A DNA stretch of 64,000 bases from Dicyema japonicum (GCA_011109175.1 RDEW01000035.1:510902-574901), one strand, 5' to 3'; counted from the first letter of the stretch, positions 48,480 to 62,130 are shown. A program made the numbers and translations. Notes: generated from the letters alone by a model not told the origin.

Positions 48480-48900
48480 ATTTATCATGCTTACGCAGAC
48501 ACCAGCAGTGGCTCTTGTGCAGAATTCAAAACAATCCTCCGAACCAACTTCTTCCAACATTCTCGATTGTAAGAGAGTTTCCTCAACTCGTCCAGGTCGT
48601 TCTCACTTCTTAGACGTTTGTTCACGAGCTTTAGATCTCCATCAAGTGTTTCAGGTAGTGTAATACGCCGGCGTCCACGAAAGCACGGTCCCTGTCTCAT
48701 GAAGTAGTCCTCCATTGCTATGTTTGCTGGAGCACCCAAGTCTATACGCAAGATATGTCCAAATAGCCTCCAGCGCATATCAGCAATTTCGAGACTCAGT
48801 GGACTCGTGCAACATCTCTTGTACAGCGATTCCTTTTTTATTTTTGCTGGCCAGTCCTGAAATGTTCTCAAACCATCCAAATATAAATTCGTTTAGTTTT
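48480..48900 (-). mobile_element. RTE-clade LINE 3' fragment
   Basis: LYKRC...RWRLFGHILR...RGRRRITL...DL...CWKKLV. Confidence 0.85.
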
Positions 48901-49960
48901 TGTTTGAATCTATTATTTTTCGGAAGTGATAGCTAATTAATTTAAATTTCCACAGATTCCATACCTGTTAATGTTCCTGATTGGTTGAAGGTTCTTTTCC
49001 TACTCGATGTTCCCTTCTTCCTTTGTTCACCAAACGTGTCGTTATGCGATGTGAATGTCTCAGGAGGTGTTCAGCTACAGGACGGATCATTTAGTCTCCA
49101 AATTTCAATTCTTGGGGTTCCTATAACTGTGTTTTTTGATTGACTTGTATTTTGACTGCGATCACGAGAACGTATGCATAAAGAGTGCACATAAAAAGGT
49201 TAGCAAGTTGAATCTAAGAATCCCCGAGGTTTCAGTGCGACAGTTTTGATGTACTATCTTACAAGGTCTCGTATTTCTTTTTGAAAGTTTTGAAAGGAGA
49301 CTGATTCTTGGTGGTTAGGTGTCAACGGAAGGCTGGAGAAACCAGATATTTCCCTTCCACGAGAAAATAATCCTTCAGGTATTTTTTCCCGCTCTCAAGT
49401 CCAAGAGGTTCCATTTTAAAACCAAGAATCACTAACAAATTAAAGGGAAATACATGGACGTCAGGTGATCCTGGCCAGCTTGAATAACCATCTCACCTTA
49501 GCTCGTTATTCGTCTCGAGATCTGACGCACTTCTTGTATGTAAAAGTCACATTTGGGAATTTACAGGTGTCAATCGGACTCCCGTTCTCCCACAAGTTCT
49601 TCGAAAATAATTGGTCTTAGCGGAAAGGAAAACCTTTGTAGAACCCTAGGGAGTGCTACTTAAAAGAAATTAATATTCAGATTTGTATTGGACAGGTTTG
49701 TCCCCCATAATGCACAGCCATAGCTGAGTGCGTATAGAGTGAGCTTAACGCTGAGTTGAAGTGTGGTCTGCCGTTCGGGTGAGGTCAACTGTGTACCTAA
49801 TTTCACAGAAAAAAGGACTATTTACTCTCCTCAAGAAAATTGTCCTTCCTGGACGGCTGCCTTTTTGGTCTCCCACTCAACTTTGTGGAAGACCTTCCGA
49901 TAAGTTCTAAAATTAAATTAAATTTAATAAAATTAATTTTAATTAAAAAATTGTTACCGA

Positions 49961-50897
49961 ATGACTGGTGTTGGGTGCTTCGGTCTAAACTGTTACGTAT
50001 TTTCAACTGTTCAGTTCACCCCATCCGTTCAGACAGTGAGCATATTCCCTCATTCAACAGTCGAGGATTTGGTGACCCAGATTGAAGGACATGAGAACAA
50101 CAAGCTCGGTACGAACCAAAGTTTATTAATAGAGGCATATTTCTGCGGAGATGTTATTCCTCCTGGAAAGCCTATAAATGACATGGGAATCACAGAAACT
50201 GACTTCATCTGTGTTTATTCCTCCCCGATTTACCATGACTCCGTTTCTAGTGATATTTAGGGTCACTTTTAGAATTTGATGTCAACCAGGCTGCCACTTT
50301 CTTCCGCATTCACTTGTCTCACCAAGTAATCAACAATTTTTCAAATTTTGTATTCCCTCATATTATTTCTCAGATCAAAAAATGCCGAAAAAGACAGAAT
50401 TTCTACGACAGTCTCTACCAATTCAGCCCCACCCTGGTCAACAATAGCATCATAGCGGGTACAGGCTTGCTGATTCGGTAGACATGATAACCGATACCTA
50501 CTACTTGGCTAATCTGACCTCCTTCGATTTTCTGAGCGAGTATGGATTTGGTAATTCGTAGGGAGTTGAAACGAATACCTCAGTTAGCACATGGTATAGC
50601 CTTTCTGTTGGACTATTCGAGTCAGAACGGTTGGGTTTTGGCTGATTTTAGGGTTTAAGTTACCTTCGAGCTCTCTGGTTGTCGTAAATGTGATCATAGA
50701 GTGCCACGGATTTCATGGATATGGTGAATCGGAGTATGAATGCTGAACGACAAGTAAGTTTGTAGTTTGATGGTAAGATGATCGAGGACCTCATGGCTAC
50801 GACAAATGCAACACATGATCAGGTCATCCAGGCCCTCCAGATCAGTAATTGGGACCCTGATTTGGCATTAGAGAAATTACTTGAACATAATAATTGA
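49961..50897 (+). CDS. UBL-UBA protein (RAD23/ubiquilin-like shuttle factor), multi-exon
   Basis: N-terminal ubiquitin-like fold (VSIFPHSTVEDLVTQIE...YFCGDVI...PINDMGITETDFICV). C-terminal UBA (IEDLMATTNATHDQVIQALQISNWDPDLALEKLL). Internal exon structure not fully resolved. Confidence 0.6.
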
Positions 50898-51386
50898 TTT
50901 AAATGTTAAGGAAACTCTCCACGTGTTTTAGTTCTCAGAGTGGTTAGGGTCCTCGGTCTGCTGAAATTATTACTTGTTTATCTTTCGTGTTATCGGGGTC
51001 ATTGATTTGGCGGGAATGTATCCACCAGTTTCAGTATTATTCTGTGGACCAAGGAGATTTGGATTCACTAAGTTCAAAATTTGGGATTCGAATCTGGTAA
51101 AGCTCAAAGCCTTAACTTGGGAATGAAGCACGTGGATATGACAAAATGTCTATTACTTATTCTAGAATGTTCCTTTAATAATAATCCTGTGACTTCATTT
51201 TGACAATTCTCTAAGGATGTGAGTATAAAGCGCGGTCATTTTCCCCTAGGGATGTAATCAGATGAAATAATTAGTTTTAAATTCTGTGTTTAATCGATTG
51301 AATATGTGATTACTAACTATTTTATAACGATTGTGCATAATTATGTCATTTACTTATTATTACTACTGCAACAAGTCTTGGTCGAC

Positions 51387-51590
51387 TCATTCTCTGGTCA
51401 TTAAATAAGAATTCAATGACTTTTTAGTTTTCTTACAATAAATGACGTCAGGATCCAGCTGCCAACTCGGTAATGAAGCCGTACTTTGCGAGGGCTTGAG
51501 ATTATCGAAGACGACCGTTGCAGAACCGATGCAAACTACTGTTGCAATCCAAATGACCTTGAAATTCGAAAATGAAGGTAAATGAATCAA
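51387..51590 (-). CDS. Possible small single-TM or secreted protein
   Basis: 67-aa ORF with a hydrophobic stretch VIWIATVVCIGSATVVF; no family recognised. Confidence 0.25.
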   Translation of the reverse strand: MIHLPSFSNFKVIWIATVVCIGSATVVFDNLKPSQSTASLPSWQLDPDVIYCKKTKKSLNSYLMTRE

Positions 51591-52005
51591 AGGTACTAGA
51601 TGCTAGAAACCTCAAGAAAAATAACCTCAGGAATTACAAACTGGCTTCATTGATTAATAAAATGATGACACTGGCTAAGCAAATTAACAAATTCTTGTGC
51701 TAAATATTATTGTAGTATGTTTATAGTTCTTTACACTTCAAACCAAACAATAAACAAATTTCCCTATATTTCTTGTATCTGATTCGAATCCTAATTGTAT
51801 CCAATCCTTCTTTAGTACTCAGCTCGTCCATCCACACGAGAGGGTCTACATTGCCATGAAGGAAGTTGGTGCAATAGAGACCCCCAACAGAACCATTAAG
51901 ATCACAAAATTGTATTCATCAGACATAACAAAATATAAGTAAGCAGTGTCCTTACCCTAAACAGACATGAATAAAAGCCACTAATTTAGTCTTTATTACT
52001 GAATA

Positions 52006-52824
52006 TTAACTCCCATCCATAATAAAGGAAGCAGCAGAATCCTTGTTTCCATCAAAATTGAGGAGAATTGCGTAGAGAGTTTCACCTTCAATGTCGGGGA
52101 ACAAAGACTGCATGACTGCAACGTCATCAGCCGTCACATTCCTACTCCGAGCAGGTGTAATGACGGGCGGGGGACGGAAAGGCTAAGGTGACAATATTAT
52201 ACAAACTACAAGAGATAAGATCAGTCGAACATTCCATCCGGATTCGAATGGGGGACTATTAAGACTAAATGTTCTATCAGTCGTTTCGGGCTCGAAAACA
52301 CGACGAGGGATGAGTATCTCAGTGGAAGATAGGATTTTAGAAGAAAACATGGGGATCTTCCGTTTTATCACGTAAATACCTTATCTAGGACAGACACAGT
52401 AATCATGTTCATCCCATTTGCAATTTCACTGAAAAAATCATAAAGTCGGTCATACAAAGACATGGTTTGGTTATTCCAATAGTAGTTAGGAGGGAACACT
52501 TGTCATGCCTTGAGGTAATGAAGGTTCGATGTCCGACCCGGATTTCCACTCGCGGAGGAAACATGGCTGTAGTGAAGGTTGAGTTTTTAAAAGGAAGACA
52601 AGCCTGAAGTAAAGAAGATGCGAAACCTGTAAAACTGTAATTTTGAGACGACTTCCCTCCAAATTAGTTATAGTTGATGGCAATACGCCCACACTCTCGT
52701 TAAGTGTGTATTATTTTGATTTTCCGCATTTTCTGCGATGGACACGTCGTCTAAATCAAGAAGAGTCGTGTCTTCATCGGTCTAAGTAATTTATTGTAAT
52801 AACCTCTCTGTAATTAATTCCCAT
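52006..52824 (-). CDS. TOLLIP: Toll-interacting protein (C2 plus CUE)
   Basis: GVLPS..., SRLKITVLQACL, VEIRVG, EIANGMNMITVSVLD and ILIPRRV..TFSL match the TOLLIP C2 domain. ADDVAVMQSLFPDIEGETLYAILLNFDGNKDSAASFI is a CUE domain. Confidence 0.8.
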
Positions 52825-52939
52825 AAAATCTAGATAAAATTAAATTATTTAAATATTAATAATTATTGTTTTTAAATTTTTAAAGTTCAAACTTATTATT
52901 AACAGCAAATCTAACGAATTAGGTAGGTAGGTACTATTT

Positions 52940-53090
52940 TGAATGGAGACCTATCGGCTGTGGGACTGAAGCTCACTTCCGCAGACGACCTAGATACCTT
53001 AAGGGAACTGGCACGAAGTAGAGGGTCCTGGAAAAGGCTGATAGAGAGGATGGCTAGAAATACGGCACAAGGGAGGCTTGATTAATTTTA
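52940..53090 (+). mobile_element. Short 5'-truncated RTE 3' end
   Basis: DLSAVGLKLTSADDLDTLRELARSRGSWKRLI is homologous to 48491-48620. Confidence 0.75.
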
Positions 53091-54179
53091 TGACTTCTCG
53101 GGAGTGCTTTAAATAATTAATAATAAATAATAAAAATCTAACGAATAATATTTCCTTTGAGATGTTTCCTATGCTGAGTCCTTTCTCCTCGACATTAAGC
53201 TCCCTATATGCCCAGTACATTGAGCAAACCGTCAGCTAAGATCACTAATCTTGAAAAAAATGTACTTAAAGAAAATTACTTTAATGATTTCATTAAATAA
53301 ATAAATTTAAGACTCTCGAGCTAAAGGTCCCCTCTCCAAGATCTTTGGTTTTCCTATTCCGCATGTTAAAAGAGCAGCCCATGCGACTACGAGCATCCAG
53401 TTGTACGGTCGATACGTGCTTGCGTGGGCTTGAGGTAGGAACATCACTCTGTTGGAGTGTGCCGGGATCACGTGAGTACTTAGTTTGATGTTACCTTGGT
53501 CTTTGAATTTTTCATGTCATATCGATCAATGAAAGAACCTGAATCCCTCAGTAGGGGAAATTCATGCTACAATTTTTCTAAGAGAAGCGATGTGGATATA
53601 AGAGCTGTGCGAATTTCTAGAGGACGTAATTGAAACCCGTTTCGCCTATTGGGGGACGTCGGAATCACCAATGGCGCCGTTACACCAACGAACTGTCACA
53701 TAATATGAGTAGATCATTGAATTTAAAGAGGTTTATGTAGTGTTTTCATGGATATGCTGAGTCGTATGAGGAGCATAGTGAAACACGAAAACCATAGTAA
53801 CTTGATCATCTACGCAAGAGTCACCAGGTAGCGTAACTCTATGACATAGTGCACTTAATGTGGATACAACCTCTCTCCCCTGATTGGACCCTGAAGAAAA
53901 CTATTAGACGTGTATCTGACTATCAATCCAATGGACTCCCAAAATTGATAAAGGACACGTGTGCTAACTATGAATCTAATTAAGGTAACTTATAGTGAAA
54001 GTATTAGTGACAAAATAAAGTTTAACCGCGAATAATCATTTAACTGGCATTAATGGTTACAAACAAGCACGTGATAGACTCAATTGTGTAAGGATGCTCT
54101 TTAGACTAAAGTAAATGCACAAATTACAAGACTAGCCTTATTTTTGCTCAAATCCTCGACGAAACTGAAAGATTTAGTC

Positions 54180-56100
54180 ACCAGTTCCCTGCATCGTCTC
54201 ATCTAAGGTGAAATTGGTAATTACATCTGATGTCTCGTGGTCCTTGTCAAGGCTTGACAACAGATTTTTCGACTTGCCGATGAAAAACGGCCATTTTCCA
54301 GTAGAGTCACGGGGTTTTTCTTGTAGGACGCCTCAAGGGAGTCGATCTCTTTCTGGAATTACAGTAAACAGAACCTCCATATTTTCGAATGAGGAAAACT
54401 CGTATTCCACGTAAACTGGGATGGACTGCGAAAAGAGATGGTAGAAGCTCATCCTTTTGCTTACAAAGGAGTCCTCGTAGACGAAAATCTTGGAAAAAAC
54501 GGCATGGAAAATCTGTTAATTACCAGAGGACTCACAATGAAGGTCCCAAAGAAGCTCAGTTTTAAGGAATGAAAATAAATCGCTTCATTTTTGAAGATTT
54601 TCATCATTTTTTCCACCAGAGTCTCGTCCAATGGAGTATTTTGCAGGAAAAGTATCAAAGAAGCGGCACATTTCTGGAGTTCGGGAAGAATTTTGGTGGA
54701 GAGAACCCTATTTTAATAAATACAGAGAAAACCATAAAATCGGGATCACATCCGACATAGAACCAAGTCCATCTGAAAAGAACAGCCGAATGAGACTGAG
54801 TGTCGTTATATTTCTCAGGTAAATGAGGAATATTTTATAGGGAAATGCAATGCTGTAGGTTTCATGGACCAATGAATTCAAGTAGACCATGTTCTTGTGC
54901 ACCATGATGTTCCCTTCCTGGGGATTCTTAGTAAACTCAACCTCTTCTATAAAAGTGTGGATTTCGTAGACGAGGGACCGGAGTTTGACAAATCTCATAT
55001 CCTTGATTGAAAACACACTTTTTAAGAATTTTTGTATGAAAATTCTGATTTGATTCAAAAATTGTTCGTTTTGATGTGACAAGATGGTATTAACATTGTC
55101 GTCCCTGCAATTATTCGCAAATAAACCGGGTTTTCTTTATTTTGAATATCCCTTCGAGGAATCTACCCAACACAGACTTGTCAGTGTCCTCCTTTGGGTA
55201 TGTCAATGAGTCGAAATATTTCTACTTTGTTGAAATGTGGGCAACCTTGAAGGCGACACGACCAATGACGTTGCGACCATGAGATTTGAGGACATAACAC
55301 GTGGCATTATTCTCTACTAATAGATTACACAAAACCATGAGTGCCCAGCAAGACGTCTTGTAATCTTCATCGGAAAGCATGCTCTGTATTATAGTCAAGT
55401 TGGAAATGAGGTTTGTTAGCATTTCACCTCGCGCCGAGTCCCCCTGCAGTCGGGGGGCACAAGTAGGGTCATTAACTCGACGGTCAAACCCGATAAATGT
55501 GACTATGCTCAGTGAAAGGAATACGAGTGTGGTTTTTATAAGACACGTGGTCCTTTTTAATTTCCTCAAGACACATCAAAATCGACTCCAAATTTATTGT
55601 CTCCAGGAAATTTGAATTCTCAACATTACCATGAGATTACCAAGAAGTTGAAGAGAGTCAGAATATCGCCAAATACCAGAAAACGGTCAAGGAGAAGATC
55701 GACACCACCATTTTCCTAGAATTGAGCAAGACACGTGCTACCTCTTTGTTTTCGAGGTTAGAAATACAGCAGAGTAACTTCACAATCGGGAACCTGAGAT
55801 GACACAGTTTAAATTGAGTGAAAAAGTCAGTAGGAATGTCAATCTCATTCTGACAAAGTAACATTACCCCCCAACTGTGCAAAAAATGTCCAGTTTCAAG
55901 AAGTCCAGTATTGTCGAGATGGCTTTGATGTAGGCTGTCAAAAAAGTCACCAGAAAGTCGTCCTCCACCACGGAAATGTCGATCAAATACATGTTGGACA
56001 TTACTGACTTGTTAAAAAGTTCCCCCTCTAGCCAGGAATGCAGCTCCGTTAACGCCCAGTCTATTATGACGGCCAAGTCACGGTAAGAAATATTACTGCA
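54180..56100 (-). CDS. Hypothetical multi-exon protein (helical-repeat-like, unidentified)
   Basis: Chain of minus-strand ORFs (55864-56076, 55658-55882, 55222-55569, 54708-55082, 54461-54658) separated by candidate micro-introns. Confidence 0.5.
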
Positions 56101-56930
56101 TTTGAGAATATTCTCCTATTTTCAGTGGAAATGCTACATTTTTCAGTTCCAGTGGGGTTTTAGTGTAATAATCTGAATTCAATAGTCTAGTGTCGTAACT
56201 CATTAATTCACACACTCATTCTCAGTTATATAGCATCGTTTATGTAATAATTACATAATGATATTGATCGTATACAGCCATTATACACGTGTCACAGGTT
56301 GATTAGACTTTATGACATAGAGATTTGCGGAAAACGGTGGGATCGTTATTTTATTTGTTTAATACCCGGATATAGCGGAAAGAGGCTGAGAGTTAATTTA
56401 CGTCTAATTAGGGTATATTCAGTTCCAAGGTTGGGGTGAGACAGTCCCTTAAATCAATGAGTTCATTCCCCCATTGAAGGAGTCCCTCCAGTGGGCATGG
56501 AAAGGAGATTTGGATGTTGTACCTCCACTCTCGTCTTTCTTCATTGCACGAAAGTCTTTCTTCTCATGCAAATGGACGAAAATTCCAGAAAGACATCGCC
56601 TTCGAGGTCCCTTCAAGTAAAGGAAACCATGGCTAACAAGAAAGTAGCCACCCATAGCGGTCATCAGAGATCCTCCAAATAGCGCAGAAATCGAGACAAG
56701 AGGTTGACTATCTTGTGGTCTTTCAAAGGCAGAAAGGGAAAAGGGCGAATCCGATCATCCAATTCTGCTTATATCGCCTCGTAAACCCCTATGGTGACCC
56801 CACCGATTTTCCAGCTTCATGGCCATCTAACAAGTTTTAAAATTCAAGGGGATTTAAACGTTAAAAAGGTTTAACAACTCTGTTAGGTTTGTTAGTCAGA
56901 TTTGTCAAATTTGAACTAAAATGATTACAA

Positions 56931-58741
56931 TTATACTTTATCCTCCACAAATGTGGTATATTTCACTGTTTTTATTACATTTGGAGTTTCAGTCACGCTT
57001 ATTGTGCGGACTCCCAGATTGAAGCCGAGGGGCTTTTGGATCTCGTATGAAAAGTGACCCCAGTCTCTGTAACTTTCAGGATAGACGTCGTAATCGTTTA
57101 GTTGTAGGACACACTTGAGCATGTGGCTTTCCTTCTTGGCTGAAAATGGTCACGTGGCTAGTAAAACCTCCGTTTTTTATAGGAAGAGAGTCGATTCGCC
57201 AGACAATGGCCCGATGGAGATCCTCATACTTTGCACCCCCCGCAGACACCGAGATGGGGCTTTTTAGTATAGAATTCAATAGCACGTGTACTTTAAAGTA
57301 AAATCCTAACAAACCAGTCCTTGCTGAAGAAGTTAAATTATTAAGCGTGCTGTGCACACGTGCAGCTCCCTTTCGTTTGTAAAACTTGATTCTTCTGAAA
57401 TGGTAGCACCACTCGTCAGGGAAAGGCATGCAAATGACCACGTGGTTACATTTCAACTAAGATTTAGTCAAAAACCCACAAATTTAATCGTCTGACTTTT
57501 GTCCAAGTAATTCCAAGGACAAGATATCTCCAGATTAAGATCCATCTCAAGTTTCCCCCCGCAAACTCTCCAGTGCGCCTTAACCTGCTTATTAGTGAGG
57601 ACCAATACACTTATTGGGGGACGGAATGACTCGAGGACATTTACGTTGTCGATTCTGAGGAGTTCCACTTTGTGCCCAAGGGTGGGTCTTTCGATGTGGA
57701 TGACTCCATTTTCCCTCAGTTTATCAGAATCAACTAAATAATGAAGAATAGGGTGGTCTGCAGTGACCCAGGCTTCTTCCATACTCCCAACCACAGGGAC
57801 AATGTCCTTACGACTCACTACTTCCTGTCCCTTCCTTTGAAGGAGGTTAAGTCCAATCTCAACTGAACTTATGGCTTTGAGGTTTAGCTCACAAAAGAGA
57901 CGGCAAATCAAGTTAGGGGACTCTTTGATCTGAATAAATGATAAATTGGAGTAACTCACTCTGAGAACATTGTGGACTGATATTTCCACGTGGTCGACCT
58001 CCACAGCATATACATATGCATCATTCACGGGAAATTTAAATCGAAGAAACTCAAAGACCCGAATAAACCGTGAAATCACGGAATATTCATGCGAACAAAG
58101 TTTGATGACAGTTTCGTCGCATTCATTTTCTAAAAAAACTTTGATGTTAGTTTTCGCGGCTAAAATGAATTTTTTGTTGAAAAGTCTAACAAACAAGCCA
58201 ATTTACTTGTTCATTCCTAATTTTGGTTGTTGGGAGAACCTCCTCTTTATTATTTTGACGGAGAAGGCCTTTGAGAACTCACTGAAGTAGGTTTCCTTCA
58301 GATTTGACAAAAAATGTTCAATGTTGAGGTAATGACTGCTGTAAGGTGAGGATTCTAGGTTCTTAGGATCCTGGAATATTTTTAATATGAAGTTCCCCCC
58401 AAATTCTGACAAAATGACGTAAACCGGTCTCCACTCGATGACTTGGATATTAAAAACAACTACAATCTGAACTTTCTGATTGAATGTACATATTATCCTT
58501 AAAGGACGTCTCCCATTTGACCCCCGTCTGAGACTGTTCGGGGAATTCTTGTTCAAAAAAATTCCCATGTTCAATATCCTCTTTTTTGTTGTCGATATCA
58601 GCCCATGGATCCAGCATGTCTAAGTCTTCGAGTTTGTCGTCTTCCTGAGTATTACATGAAGATTCGAATATGTTAAACTGGAATTAAAAAAATACTAACA
58701 ATCTGGGACAGAGAGTCTGATTTTTCGTGGGAGTCTTGCAT
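56931..58741 (-). CDS. STON: Stonin (stoned-B) endocytic adaptor with stonin-homology and mu-homology domains
   Basis: DETVIKL, IGLNLLQRKGQEVVSRKDIVP, CNHVVICMPFPDEW..HFRR, GGAKYE..HRAIVWRIDSLPIKN and VRTISV match stonin. Acidic N-terminus with a DPW motif; ATG at 58741. Confidence 0.9.
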
Positions 58742-59212
58742 TTTGTCGCCAATTATATTATCATTATATACACTTGACTGACGTAGAGTATAATTAGCAG
58801 CTATAAACGAATCAATTGGATGACGAGGTTTTGATTATTCTGGCAGTAATATCGGAAAGTCTCTCAAATCAGTGACGTCGATCATAGTTCTTAATGACTT
58901 GTGATTAAGAATTGATTATTACTAAAAAAGTGAAATTAATGCTTGTCTCGTGTTACGGGGAATTCAGATATTCTGTGATTACAGTCAAACCTTCCGAATT
59001 TGTTGTTAAGGAGTTCCCCAAAAATGAAAACCCCCAGAATGACAAATTCGAGTTTCGCCCATTTTTCGACGTCCCAAAAGTGACAACCTCTAAAGCAGGG
59101 TTTCCCAAAGTGGGCGCGATAAGAAATTAAAAGGGAACGTTTATGAGTAAATCGTTTATCGGGAACGATTTTAATTTCAAGGGGGCGATAATAAATATTC
59201 TAAAAATTAATA

Positions 59213-61723
59213 CAGTCCGACCCCGAATTGGGGCAGACCCCATGGGTGGGGCACCCTCGGATTTTGGGGCATTTTTTTTGGCCAACATTTTGGCAGAGTA
59301 AATTGGAAAATCGATAAAAATTATGGAAATTTTGGGGCAATATAAAATTGTGGGGAATGAAATTATAAGTAAATAAAATTATCGAGTGGCTAAATGATCA
59401 ACCGACATGCTCCTTGACTTACAGTGGGGACATGTATTTGTTGATCGACCCCAAAAAATATTGCGGTCTTGCATATACGTGTACAGCGCCTTCGATCGAG
59501 GTGAGTTGTCACCGTATTTTAGCCATATTGTCGACGACTTAAGGTCGACATGTGGGTTGTCCAATGCTCTGAAGAGGACCTTATGAAGGCTTTTTAAGTT
59601 GATCTTTTCCATCAAATTATTATATTGTAATTCGATCAACGCCTTCACATTTACTAGCCCACCATCATCAACACCATACTTAGCAGACAAAAAAGGTCTG
59701 ATCCTGCCTAGGTGGGTTGCCCGTGTTTTTTCGGTCGTTATTATGGCGTGCTTCCTAGCAGACATACTTGACCCAGCTATCTGGGTGTCGTGCATTCGTA
59801 TTAGAATACGCTCACTTAGTTGGACTACTCCACACAGTCCACGGCCGAATTTATCACGGGGTAAATATAATCTCTTCTTATTGGCTGCCAGCACATAGAC
59901 ATGGTTCTCTCTGAGTACTCCACGGATCATAACATCCATCTCATCATACTTCTTGGGATCAAACTCCACAACACCTATATAGTAATTTAGCAACGAGAGA
60001 GCATACTCATTTAATGCTATGAACAAATTCCTTGCATTTAGAGACGTCTTACACAATAACGCTGCTCTTTTACGGATGCCTTCAGTAATTTGTCGCTTTG
60101 TCTCAAGCATTATAAGAGACTTTGGAGATTCGGTAACACCCAGATACTTATATGCTTCGTGTTCCTCTAGGACTCTTACTAAATCGCTACATACTTGCGT
60201 GTTAGTCGCAGACTTTGAATAATTCAAATCTAGTCCTATACTCTCAAAGAATTGGCACAGACCCCCATGGAGTAGAGCTCCTCGGCTGTTCGAGCATACA
60301 TCTTCAGGTCATCGATAAAAAGAAAGTGATTTGTACTGAAACAACCCCTTCACAATGAACTGGTATTTGCTCGAACCGGTCATTGAGGCGGCGACTCAAT
60401 GGCTCCAAACAGAGAACAAAAAGTAGCGGAGACATGCTATCCCCCTGAAGGATCCCCCTCTTGAGTTTTACCTCGCCTATCCGGTGCCTATTATAGTTCA
60501 GATGAATACTCCACCTATTCATCACAGCCACTACAAAGCTGATGAACCACACAGGCATGCACAGACTGTGTAGGCACTCGACAAGGTAAGAATGATCAAC
60601 TGAATCGTAAGCCTTCTTCACATCTACCCACATAGACAAAAGTGAGTTTCCGTGAAACACAAAAAGGCATTTGTTGATCAAAGCCTGCTCTTTTGCCCCA
60701 TGATAATTTCGCACAGTACCCAACTGATTCTCGGAGAGAATCCCATTTGCTTCTACAAAGCTCCTGACCTCATTAGCCACCAATTTGGTCATCAGCTTAT
60801 ACAGGGTTGGCATTCAGGTTATCAGTCGATAATCTGCAGCAGACTGGGGTTGTCCAGCTTTGGGATCAAATAAGTTGTCCCTGTGCATGCCCAATCAGGA
60901 ATCGTTTCCGGGTTAGTGATGCTTTTCTGTAATACACGACACATAGACTCGTGTAATGAAGATATACGGCTTCAAAAATTGGTTTCAACACTTTCAAAGC
61001 TTCAAACGGCTGGCTTGACAGATTTAAAAAGCGACATGAACTGAGAATTAAATCAATTTTTGGAGAAAATAATTCATGTGACTTGACTTACATCAATAAG
61101 TTTTGTTATAATTATTGACGAGAAAATCATTCAATATGGAAGACAAAATGTTTTTAATTGTAATGAAACTGCTCTTTATATAAAAAGAACTCCACGAAAG
61201 TCGTTTGTTGGAATCAAAGATGATACTTGTGATTTTAAACAGGAAAAAGAAAGAGTCGCCGTACTTCTTTGTTGCAATTCTATGGGAGGAAAACTAGATC
61301 CAAGTTTAATATTTAATTGTTGGAATCAAATTGAAAAGATTCGTGATTCCGTAAAAATTGTTGATACCATTACAGTAGAAATGATCAACAATGCCATAAA
61401 CGAAACATTGAATAGATAAAGTGACGAATTCGTTGATAATATTTACAACGAAGGTTTAGAAAACGATAACATGGAAACAATTCTAAGAGAAACGCAAGAT
61501 TCTCTTGATCAGTTAGAGAAGAATACTTTTTACATATCTCCTGAAATGCTCAAAGAATTTTACGATTTTCGACTTAAATTTATGAAAAATGTAAGAAGTA
61601 AAAGGATAACTGGGGATAAATTAACTGATTATTTTTCTAAAATTGATTTTTGATGTTTAAAATCTCTGTTTTATTAAACCCCTGTTTTTGGGGCACTTGG
61701 TGCCCCAATTCGGGGTCGGACTG
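59213..61723 (+). mobile_element. pogo/Tigger DNA transposon (decayed), host of a nested LINE
   Basis: Perfect 23-bp TIRs cagtccgaccccgaattggggca / tgccccaattcggggtcggactg with TA on both sides. FKASNGWLDRFKKRH (CENP-B HTH) and VFNCNETAL (DDE) remnants. Confidence 0.9.
59379..60975 (-). mobile_element. R4/Dong-like (RLE) non-LTR retrotransposon fragment nested in the pogo element
   Basis: PTLYKL, WVDVKKAYDSVDH, RGILQGDSMSPLLFVLCLEPLS, YKYLGV, RLYLPR..GRGL, CPHC...VDHL. Truncated at both ends. Confidence 0.85.
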
Positions 61724-61849
61724 TATCATACATCTAATTAATATAATAGAATTTCAGTATGGTGAACCTGTAATTTTAAATTGACACTAGCGTGATTAGG
61801 GGTGTAATAGGGGTGTAATTGTACTATTCAACAATGGAGAAAGAGATAC

Positions 61850-62130
61850 TTTATGTTATGTTGTCCAATTAAGTCGTGTCCGACCCTTGGAGATCTCATG
61901 AACGAGTTTCCTCCACTCTCCCCGATCCGTTGTAATTTGGAGTAGCCTTGATGTAGCCATTCCCGTGACGTCTTCCACCGTGGATAGCCATCGAGTTTTC
62001 GGTCGGCCAGGTCTTCTAATAATATTGCTTAGCATAATGGTTCTTTCCATGGAGTCAGAGCGGACAACGCCCAAAGAACGTTAATCTGTTTTTTACGATT
62101 TTTCTTTTTAGCGAAATGTCCGTCTCCACC
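61850..62130 (-). mobile_element. RTE-like 3' end fragment
   Basis: RRPGRPKTRWL...DRGEWRKLVHEISKGRTRL. Confidence 0.75.

Noticed and set aside
51700-51950. Paralog of the 51387-51590 ORF sharing LPSWQ..DP
   Set aside because: The two halves of the motif are in different frames, and the similarity is too short to exclude chance.
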